38,248 nucleotides of DNA from Candidatus Dormiibacterota bacterium (GTDB lineage: Bacteria; Chloroflexota; Dormibacteria; Aeolococcales; Aeolococcaceae). The notes below the pieces were generated by a model. It saw only the letters and a program-made list of their open reading frames with translations. It did no database searches and was not told the origin of the DNA. The position numbers were made by a program, and so were the translations under genes. Location: positions 1-38,248 of the forward strand of contig PLAX01000180.1 in the NCBI GenBank assembly GCA_003135255.1. The letters are read 5' to 3'. Below, piece after piece: positions 11,978 to 18,650 of the stretch; the first letter of the stretch is position 1, and each line of letters begins with the position of its first letter.

Positions 11978-12667
11978 GTGACGGCAGCCTCTGCGACCAC
12001 CGCCGAGGATGCGGCCGCCTCCCCCGGCCGGGGGCGCGAACCGCTCCTCGCCGCCTTCGGGATCGTCAAGCGCTACGGGGTCAAGCACGTGCTGGACGGC
12101 GTCGACCTGACCGTTCACCCCGGCGAGGTGGTGGCCCTGGTGGGGGAGAACGGGTGTGGCAAGACCACCCTGCTGCGGATCTGCGCGGGGATCACCCGTC
12201 CCGATGCCGGGAGGGTGGAGGAGCGCGGCCGCATCGGGTACTGCCCCCAGGAACCCGGGCTGCTCGAGCTCCTGAATGCCGACGAGCATCTGGCGCTCTT
12301 CGGCGCCGGGTTTGGGCTGAACCGGAAGGACGCGGTGGCCGCGGGGCGGCAGTTGCTCGAGGAGCTCGACTTCCCGGTCGGCGACGGATCCGTGTCCAAA
12401 GACCTCTCGGGCGGGACCCGGCAGAAGCTCAACCTCGCCCTCGCGCTCCTCGGTGACCCGGAGGTGCTGCTGCTCGACGAGCCCTACCAGGGGTTCGACA
12501 CCGGCTCCTACGTCAACTTCTGGGACCACGTCAGCGGATGGCGTGCCGCCGGCCGGGCGACCGTGGTGGTCACCCACATGCTGAGCGAGCTCTCCCGGGT
12601 CGACCGCGTCGTGGACCTGAGCCATCCGTCGCGCCGCTCGCCGGGCTCTCCGGAGGCCGGGAGGTGA
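11978..12667 (+). CDS. ABC transporter ATP-binding protein
   Basis: Walker A is GENGCGKTT, the ABC signature is LSGGTRQKL, and Walker B is LLLLDEP. GTG start. The stop overlaps the permease start (GTGA). Confidence 0.9.
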   Translation: MTAASATTAEDAAASPGRGREPLLAAFGIVKRYGVKHVLDGVDLTVHPGEVVALVGENGCGKTTLLRICAGITRPDAGRVEERGRIGYCPQEPGLLELLNADEHLALFGAGFGLNRKDAVAAGRQLLEELDFPVGDGSVSKDLSGGTRQKLNLALALLGDPEVLLLDEPYQGFDTGSYVNFWDHVSGWRAAGRATVVVTHMLSELSRVDRVVDLSHPSRRSPGSPEAGR

Positions 12668-13374
12668 CGGAAGCGAAGGCCTTCGTGCAGCGCACCCTCA
12701 TCGTCGCCGAGATGCAGGGCCGCCAGCTCCTCCGCCGGCGGCTCGCCCTCGCCATCCTGGTCGCGCTCCCGGTCGCCCTCTACCTTGCGATGCTGAGCCA
12801 GAGCAAGGAGAACGCGATCGAGTTCGGCGCCCTGGGCATGAGCTGGTCGGTGGCCTGTGCGGCCCTCTTCGCGGTGCTGGCGGCGCGGGAGGCCGAGCCG
12901 CGGCTGGTGCTCATCGGCTTCCGTCCGGCCGAGCTGATGCTCGGACGCTTCCTGCTCCTGCTCGGCGGGGGCACTGCGTTCGCCGCGCTGGTCGGGGTGG
13001 CGATGATGCTGGCGTCCTCTCCGGTCTCGGTCGCCGCGCTCTTCGGCTCGTGCCTGCTGGTCCCCCCGATCGCCGTCTCCCTGGGCCTCGCGGTGGCCGC
13101 CGTCCTGCCCCATGACCTGGAGGGGACGCTGGTGATCATTGGCCTGGTGGGCATCCAGCTGGCCCTCAGCGGGGGGGCGTGGGTCAACGGCATCCTCCCC
13201 ATGAACGGCCCCATCCAGCTCGCCTACCTGGCGGGCGGCTTCCCCGCGGACCCGGTGGGCCTGATGCTCGCGCACAGCTTCGTGTACGTGGTCGCGCTGC
13301 TCGCCATCGCCGCCGCCGGCTGGTCGCTGCGGGTTCGGGTCCGGCGCGGGCGGCCGGCAGCGCCGGCTCAGTGA
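12664..13374 (+). CDS. ABC-2 type transporter permease
   Basis: About 236 aa with around six hydrophobic segments. It is translationally coupled to the ATPase, with a GTG at 12664 inside GGAGGTGA. The track ORF starts earlier (12538) inside the ATPase gene. Confidence 0.7.
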   Translation: MTEAKAFVQRTLIVAEMQGRQLLRRRLALAILVALPVALYLAMLSQSKENAIEFGALGMSWSVACAALFAVLAAREAEPRLVLIGFRPAELMLGRFLLLLGGGTAFAALVGVAMMLASSPVSVAALFGSCLLVPPIAVSLGLAVAAVLPHDLEGTLVIIGLVGIQLALSGGAWVNGILPMNGPIQLAYLAGGFPADPVGLMLAHSFVYVVALLAIAAAGWSLRVRVRRGRPAAPAQ

Positions 13375-14294
13375 GCGGCGGGATCCCGGAGGGCGAGCAC
13401 CTCCCTCGCCAGCCGCTCCTCGCCCTGCGCGCCCGCCATCACGATGTCGAGAACGTGGGGGCTCATGCGCAGCCGGGCGACGGCGTCTGACAGCTCGCGG
13501 TCGGCCGCGTCCAGGACAAAACCGGAGGCCAGCCCGGCGTAGTGGTGCGCCACCCCGAGGGCGGTGGGCTCCTCGCCGAGCTGCGCCATCAGGGCAACCG
13601 TCGGGCCCTTCAGCGCGCGGCCCCCGATGATCGGGGCGATGGCGATCACGCGCTCCCTCTCCAGGTGAGGGCCAATCAGGGCGGTGATCGGGTCCACGCT
13701 GAGCAGAGGGTTGGACGGGCCGATCACCACCAGATCCGCCGCGCGGACCGCCTGCACCGCGGCCGGCGCCGGCACCGCAGCCTCCAGGCCCTCGAAGTGC
13801 AGGCCGCGGACCGGCGGCTCGCAGCGCTTGCCGACGAACCACTCCTGGAAGCTCAGCTCACCGGCGTCGGTCGCGACCCGGGTGCGCACCGGGTCGTCGC
13901 TCATCGGGATGACGGCCGCGTTCAGGCCCAGCCGCCGGCCGATCTCCGCGACCGCCTCCGTGAGGGTCATCCCCCGCCGCCGCAGGGAGGCCCGCAGGAG
14001 GTGGAGGCCAAGGTCGCGATCGCCCAGCCCAAACCAGGCCGGCTCACCGAGCAGACCGAGCATCTCGAGGGCGTGGAAGCTCTCGTCACGAACTCCGAAC
14101 CCCGCGTCGGTGTTGAAGATGCCGGCAAGCCGGTAGAGGACGGCATCGGTGTCCGGACAGACCAGCAGCCCCCACATCTCCTCGTCGTCGGCGGTGTTGG
14201 TGATCACGCTGAGCTCTCCTGGAGCCAGGGCCCGCGCCAGCCCGCAGGCCAGCCGGGCGGCGCCGGTCCCTCCGGCCAGGACCGTAACCCTCAC
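13368..14294 (-). CDS. cofD: 2-phospho-L-lactate transferase (LPPG:FO transferase, CofD/FbiA)
   Basis: VTVLAGGTGAARLACGLA...ITNTADDEEMWGLLVCPDTDAVLYRLAG matches the CofD N-terminus. The GTG at 14294 lies 4 nt after the cofE stop. An alternative ATG at 14345 would overlap cofE. Confidence 0.88.
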   Translation of the reverse strand: MRVTVLAGGTGAARLACGLARALAPGELSVITNTADDEEMWGLLVCPDTDAVLYRLAGIFNTDAGFGVRDESFHALEMLGLLGEPAWFGLGDRDLGLHLLRASLRRRGMTLTEAVAEIGRRLGLNAAVIPMSDDPVRTRVATDAGELSFQEWFVGKRCEPPVRGLHFEGLEAAVPAPAAVQAVRAADLVVIGPSNPLLSVDPITALIGPHLERERVIAIAPIIGGRALKGPTVALMAQLGEEPTALGVAHHYAGLASGFVLDAADRELSDAVARLRMSPHVLDIVMAGAQGEERLAREVLALRDPAAH

Positions 14295-14298
14295 CGGA

Positions 14299-15051
14299 TC
14301 ACCGGAAGAGGTCCAGGTCGGCGGTGCGCACCAGCTCCTGTCCACTGCCGGCGGGGCCTTCGAGTGCCAGCCCGCGAACGACCACCGCGGGGATCCGCCG
14401 GGTCTTGCCCATGACCATCTCGGCGGCCGCGGCGATCTCGTCGGCGACGGCCACCACGGTGGCGTGCAGGGGCATGCCGAAGTCGTCGGGGCTTCCCCGG
14501 TAGTCGACGGTGGCCGGCATCCCAGCCACCCCCAGGGCGACGTTGCAGAGGCCGACCCGCCAGGGGCGGCCGAAGGTGTCGCTGATCACCACCCCGACAT
14601 CCGCCCCCGTCATCTCGGCGATGCGCCGGCGCAGCCCCTCCGCGCTCCGGTCGCAGTCCTCCGGCAGGAGGCAGGCCACGTCCGCCCCGGGCACGTTGGA
14701 CCGGTCGACGCCGGCGTTGGCACAGACGAATCCGTGTCGGGTCTCGACGATCAGGACGCGATCCGCGCGGACCACGCGGACGCTCTCGTCGAGGACGACC
14801 TGGACCATGCGCGGGTCGGCGTGCAGCTGCTCGGCCAGCTCTTGCGCCCGGGGGCTCGGCGCCACCGCGGCGAGGCTGCGCAGCCTCCCCTCCGCCTTGG
14901 AGACCACCTTCTGGGCCACCACCACGATGTCGCCGGAGCGGAGGGGGGCGGCTCGCTCCGCGATCAGCCTGCCCAGGTCGTCGCCACTCGCGATCTCGGG
15001 CAGACCCTCGATGCCGTGGAGCTCGAGCCCGCCGGCCTGTCCGCCGGTCAC
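14299..15051 (-). CDS. cofE: Coenzyme F420-0:L-glutamate ligase (stand-alone CofE, no nitroreductase-like domain)
   Basis: 250 aa. LPEIASGDDLGRLIAE...GDIVVVAQKVVSKAEGR...NAGVDRSNV...ISDTFGRPWR are typical CofE motifs. The GTG start overlaps the cofC stop (GTGA). Confidence 0.88.
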   Translation of the reverse strand: MTGGQAGGLELHGIEGLPEIASGDDLGRLIAERAAPLRSGDIVVVAQKVVSKAEGRLRSLAAVAPSPRAQELAEQLHADPRMVQVVLDESVRVVRADRVLIVETRHGFVCANAGVDRSNVPGADVACLLPEDCDRSAEGLRRRIAEMTGADVGVVISDTFGRPWRVGLCNVALGVAGMPATVDYRGSPDDFGMPLHATVVAVADEIAAAAEMVMGKTRRIPAVVVRGLALEGPAGSGQELVRTADLDLFR

Positions 15052-15668
15052 TCGGTTTCTCCCGTGGCGGCCCGCCAGCGGTCCAGGGTGGCCAGGTCAT
15101 CCGGCTCGTCGAGGTCAAGGGCCAGTGCCGGCTCCCGGTGGACGATCAGCTCCCGCCCCCGCCGCCTCGCCTCGGCGGCGAAGCGGGGGAGGGATGCCTC
15201 CCCGAACTGCAGGTCGAAGTCGCCGATGGGGCGCAGGTAGAGGGCATTGGTGCCCTCGCGGCCGAGCGCCGGAGCCACCACCGCGACCGGCCCCTCGACC
15301 GTCCCCGCATGGTCGAGGAGGCGGCGCAGGCTGCCCGCATCGACGAGGGGGAGATCGGAGCTGAGCACCAGGCAGCCGGAGCCTCCCCGGGCGAGCACCT
15401 CGGCCAGGCCGCGTTCCGCGGCACGGTTCTGACCCGCGGGGTGCTCCTCGACGAGAGCCTCCGCCCCGCACCGCCGGGCCAGGTTGGCCGCTCCCGGGCC
15501 GCCGCAGACTGCAATGGTGTCAGCCACTTCCCGTGCGGCACCCAGCGCCCGGACCGCGCACTCCTCGGCGAGGCGCAGGCGCTCGGCGGCCGAGAGGGCG
15601 GCGGCGAGGCGGGTCTTCGCCGTGCCGGGCTCCTTGATCAGCACGACGATCTGCGCCGCTTGTCCCAT
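15048..15668 (-). CDS. cofC: 2-phospho-L-lactate / phosphoenolpyruvate guanylyltransferase (CofC/FbiD)
   Basis: 206 aa from the ATG at 15668. IVVLIKEPGTAKTRLAAALSAAERLRLAE...LVLSSDLPLV...GTNAL matches CofC/FbiD. The upstream part of the 426-aa track ORF is antisense to the chlI-like gene and was discarded. Confidence 0.8.
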   Translation of the reverse strand: MGQAAQIVVLIKEPGTAKTRLAAALSAAERLRLAEECAVRALGAAREVADTIAVCGGPGAANLARRCGAEALVEEHPAGQNRAAERGLAEVLARGGSGCLVLSSDLPLVDAGSLRRLLDHAGTVEGPVAVVAPALGREGTNALYLRPIGDFDLQFGEASLPRFAAEARRRGRELIVHREPALALDLDEPDDLATLDRWRAATGETE

Positions 15669-15776
15669 CCACCGGACTCTAGACAGCAGGGGTGATGGGG
15701 TGGATGCAGCCACTGGATGAGTCCGGTCGCTCCGAGGTGGGGTGAGCCGAGCGCGGCTGAGCCGCGCCGGCGAGGG

Positions 15777-15876
15777 GCGGCGAGCCCCTGTGAGAAGGGG
15801 AGGGGCCCCCGCGCCGCCTGCGGCGTGGGGCACGGCGAGCCCCTGTGAGAAGGGGAGGGGCCCCCGCGCCGCCTGC
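15777..15876. repeat. Two identical 45-nt copies (55-nt period) of a GC-rich hairpin-forming element in a divergent intergenic region
   Basis: CGGCGAGCCCCTGTGAGAAGGGGAGGGGCCCCCGCGCCGCCTGCG occurs at 15777-15821 and again at 15832-15876 with 45/45 identity. Each copy contains a CCCCT-GTGAGA-AGGGG hairpin and a GGGGCCCC palindrome. The period is not a multiple of 3. Confidence 0.9.
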
Positions 15877-15906
15877 GACGCGGGGAAGCTTTGCGACAAT
15901 GGCGCG

Positions 15907-16959
15907 ATGCAGCGCGGCCGCAGCATCTTCCCGTTCACCGCGATCGTCGGCCAGGGGCCGATGAAGCAGGCCCTCGTGCTCAACGCCATCAACCCCGCCA
16001 TCGGCGGCGTGCTGATCCGCGGGGAGAAGGGGACGGCCAAGTCGACGGCGGTGCGGGCCCTGGCGCGCCTCCTCCCCGAGCTCGAGGTGGTCGCCGACTG
16101 CCGCTTCGGCTGCTCTCCCGACGCCGCCGCCAGCCGCTGCGACGAGTGCGCCGAGCGGCTCCAGCGCGGCGAGACGTTGCCTCGGGCCACCCGGCAGATG
16201 CGGGTGATCGAGCTGCCCATCAACGCCTCGGAGGATCGCGTGGTCGGGTCGATCGACATCGAGGCCGCCATCAAGAAGGGCGAGAAGGAGTTCGAGCCCG
16301 GGGTGCTCGCCGAGGCCAACCGCAACATCCTCTACGTCGACGAGGTGAACCTCCTCGACGACCACATCGTCGACGTTCTCCTCGATGCCGCCGCGATGGG
16401 CACCAACACCGTCGAGCGCGAGGGCGTCTCGGTGTCCCACCCGGCCCGCTTCATCCTGGTCGGGACCATGAACCCGGAGGAGGGCGAGCTGCGCCCCCAG
16501 CTCCTTGATCGCTTCGGGCTCTGCGTGGACGTGGAGGGCATCCGGGATGTCCGGCAGAGGGTCGAGATCGTCGAGCGCCGCGAGGCGTTCGAGGACGATG
16601 CCGAGGCGTTCGCCTCCATCTGGGAGCCCGAGGAGCACGCCGAGGCCGAGCGGATCCGGAAGGCCATCCTCTCCCTCGGCGACGTGGCCGTGGATCGGGA
16701 GATCCTGGTCGCCATCGCCCATCTCGGCATCGAGCTGGAGGTGGACGGCCACCGCGCGGACCTGGTGACCCGCAAGGCGGCCCAGGCGGTCGCCGCCCAC
16801 GAGGGGCGGGACCGGGTCACCCTCGACGATGTCGAGGGGGTGGCGCCCATGGTGCTGGCCCACCGGATCAAGCCGACTGCGGGCTCCCGGCGCGGCCTCG
16901 CCGACATCGGCGAGATCCTGCGCGGACCCGGCAACGGCTCCACCGGGCGAGGCCGGTAG
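15907..16959 (+). CDS. ChlI/BchI-like AAA+ ATPase (chelatase I-subunit family)
   Basis: 350 aa from the ATG at 15907. [40 protein letters not shown] (Walker A), [20 protein letters not shown] (Walker B), [24 protein letters not shown] and the C-terminal helical domain all match ChlI/BchI. There is no obvious Shine-Dalgarno. Confidence 0.85.
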   Translation: MQRGRSIFPFTAIVGQGPMKQALVLNAINPAIGGVLIRGEKGTAKSTAVRALARLLPELEVVADCRFGCSPDAAASRCDECAERLQRGETLPRATRQMRVIELPINASEDRVVGSIDIEAAIKKGEKEFEPGVLAEANRNILYVDEVNLLDDHIVDVLLDAAAMGTNTVEREGVSVSHPARFILVGTMNPEEGELRPQLLDRFGLCVDVEGIRDVRQRVEIVERREAFEDDAEAFASIWEPEEHAEAERIRKAILSLGDVAVDREILVAIAHLGIELEVDGHRADLVTRKAAQAVAAHEGRDRVTLDDVEGVAPMVLAHRIKPTAGSRRGLADIGEILRGPGNGSTGRGR

Positions 16960-16960
16960 G

Positions 16961-17923
16961 GTGGACGCCGCCACCCGCTCGACCCAGCTCCCGTCGGCGG
17001 GTGTCGAGCCTCCGTCGGGGCTCCAGCATCGTCTCGTCCACGGCGACCAGGAGGCCGTGGTCGCCGAGGTCGGCGCGACCCTCCGCGCCTACACGGTGAG
17101 CGGGCGGCCGGTGATCCTCGGCTTTGACGTGACCGAACCGGCGACCAACGCCCAGGGTCAGACGCTGTTGCCATGGCCCGGGCGCGTCGGCAACGGCCGG
17201 TATCGGTGGCAGGGCGTCGACCACCAGCTCCCCCTCGATGAGGCCGGGTTGACCAACGCCATCCACGGGCTGGTCCGCTGGGCGAACTGGACGGCCGATG
17301 CCCCCGCCACCGACCGCGTGGCGATGCGCCACCGGCTCCATCCCCGTGACGGCTACCCCTTCTGCCTGGACCTGATGGCGACCTACGCGCTCGACGACGG
17401 CGGCCTCCGCGTGACCCTCACGGGGACCAACCTCTCCGGGGTACCCGCCCCCTACGGAGCCGGCTCCCACCCCTATCTGGCGGTGGATGGCGCTCTGGTC
17501 GACGGCTGGCGGCTCACGGTCCCGGCGGAGACCCGGCTGCGCACCGATTCGCGGATGCTGCCGACCGGCAGGGAACCGGTGGCCGGCACGGAGTTCGACT
17601 TCCGGGAACCGCGCGTGATCGGGCACACTCAGCTCGACACCGCCTTCACCGACCTGGTCCGCGATCCCGACGGTCTCGCCCGGGTCTCGGTGGAGGCCCC
17701 GGACGGGCGGCGGCTCGTCCTCTGGTCTGACCGCGCCTGCCCCTGGCTGGTGCTCTTCAGCGGGGATTCCATGCGGCCCGCCGAGCGGCGGAGCGGGCTC
17801 GCCGTGGAGCCGATGACCTGCCCACCCGACGCCTTCCGGAGCGGCGAGGATGTGATCGCGTTGCAGCCCGGTGAGACCACCACCGCGAGCTGGGGGATCG
17901 ACGTCACCGGCTTCCGCGGCTGA
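16961..17923 (+). CDS. Aldose 1-epimerase (galactose mutarotase-like) family protein
   Basis: AVVAEVGATLRAYTVSGRPVILGF...LLPWPGRVGNGRY...NAIHGLVRW...GAGSHPYL...LVLWSD...AVEPMTCPPDAF are typical of the family. The GTG at 16961 lies 1 nt after the TAG stop (16957-16959) of the chlI-like gene. The exact start is uncertain. Confidence 0.8.
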   Translation: MDAATRSTQLPSAGVEPPSGLQHRLVHGDQEAVVAEVGATLRAYTVSGRPVILGFDVTEPATNAQGQTLLPWPGRVGNGRYRWQGVDHQLPLDEAGLTNAIHGLVRWANWTADAPATDRVAMRHRLHPRDGYPFCLDLMATYALDDGGLRVTLTGTNLSGVPAPYGAGSHPYLAVDGALVDGWRLTVPAETRLRTDSRMLPTGREPVAGTEFDFREPRVIGHTQLDTAFTDLVRDPDGLARVSVEAPDGRRLVLWSDRACPWLVLFSGDSMRPAERRSGLAVEPMTCPPDAFRSGEDVIALQPGETTTASWGIDVTGFRG

Positions 17924-18111
17924 CCGGACGCCGCCGCGGCGACCCCCTATTTGAATCCGCACAGCCCCTCGTGGAAGTCGCCGGTCGTGATCCAGCGCTC
18001 GATCACCAGGTCGACCATGGCGTCGTCGACCTCGGCCGCACCCAGAGTGCGGGCGTTGGCAAGTTCCCTCTACGCGACCATCCCCTCGAGCGGGCTCGCG
18101 GTGGTCCTCCG

Positions 18112-18519
18112 GTGAGCGCGGGGCTCGCGCTGGGAGCGGCCGGCCCGTCGGGGGCGGCCGGCGTGCTGGTCACCGTCCATGAGCGGCTGGGCTACGCGTT
18201 CCTGATCGTCCTCGCCGCCGGGCTCGTCCTCGCCCTCCTGGCCGTCCGGGATGTGCGGCGTCTGCCCACCGTCCGCGCCTACCTCTGGCTCGCCGTGGCG
18301 GCCCTCGTGCTGCAGGGGATCGCCGGCATCAGCCTGCTCCTCGCCGGCGAGCGCCCCGACGAGGGGCTCCATCTCATGTACGGCCCGCTCGCGCTGGTCT
18401 CCCTCCCCCTCACCGTCCTCTTTGCCCGTGGATGGGCGCCGCGACGGGAGGCGTGGACGTTCGCCGCCGGCTTCCTCGTGGCGCTTCTCTTGGCCATCCG
18501 GGCCCTCATGACCGGCTGA
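18112..18519 (+). CDS. Small hypothetical integral membrane protein (about 4 TM helices)
   Basis: There are four hydrophobic segments: LGYAFLIVLAAGLVLALLAV, AYLWLAVAALVLQGIAGISLLLAG, LHLMYGPLALVSLPLTVLFA and AWTFAAGFLVALLLAIRALM. The start is uncertain, with GTG candidates at 17971, 18112 and 18163. No family recognised. Confidence 0.55.
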   Translation: MSAGLALGAAGPSGAAGVLVTVHERLGYAFLIVLAAGLVLALLAVRDVRRLPTVRAYLWLAVAALVLQGIAGISLLLAGERPDEGLHLMYGPLALVSLPLTVLFARGWAPRREAWTFAAGFLVALLLAIRALMTG

Positions 18520-18650
18520 TCGCGCCCTTCTGACGCCGGCTGCCCCGCTGGAGCCCCGACCCGGTCGCGACCTGAGCGCGGCGGATGTTTGCGAGACCGT
18601 CACGGATGGGCAGCAGCCATGTCGTATGGCCGGCCTAGTGTCAGGGTGCC

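Noticed and set aside
15777-15876. Possible CRISPR array or minisatellite
   Set aside because: There are only two copies, separated by a 10-nt linker that is too short for a spacer. No cas genes are present. I report it as a duplicated element rather than a CRISPR array.
15690-15906. Cobalamin riboswitch upstream of the chelatase-like gene
   Set aside because: A GCCACTG heptamer at 15709-15715 and GGTG-rich sequence recalled the B12 element. I could not find the B12 box or the conserved multi-helix core, and the heptamer alone is weak evidence. A covariance-model scan with Rfam RF00174 would settle it.
15048-16974. Long minus-strand ORFs 15048-16328 (426 aa) and 15679-16974 (431 aa) opposite the chlI-like gene
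   Set aside because: Beyond cofC (15048-15668) these frames are antisense to a gene with clear Walker A/B and ChlI motifs. They contain only low-complexity Arg/Pro/Ala/Gly sequence.
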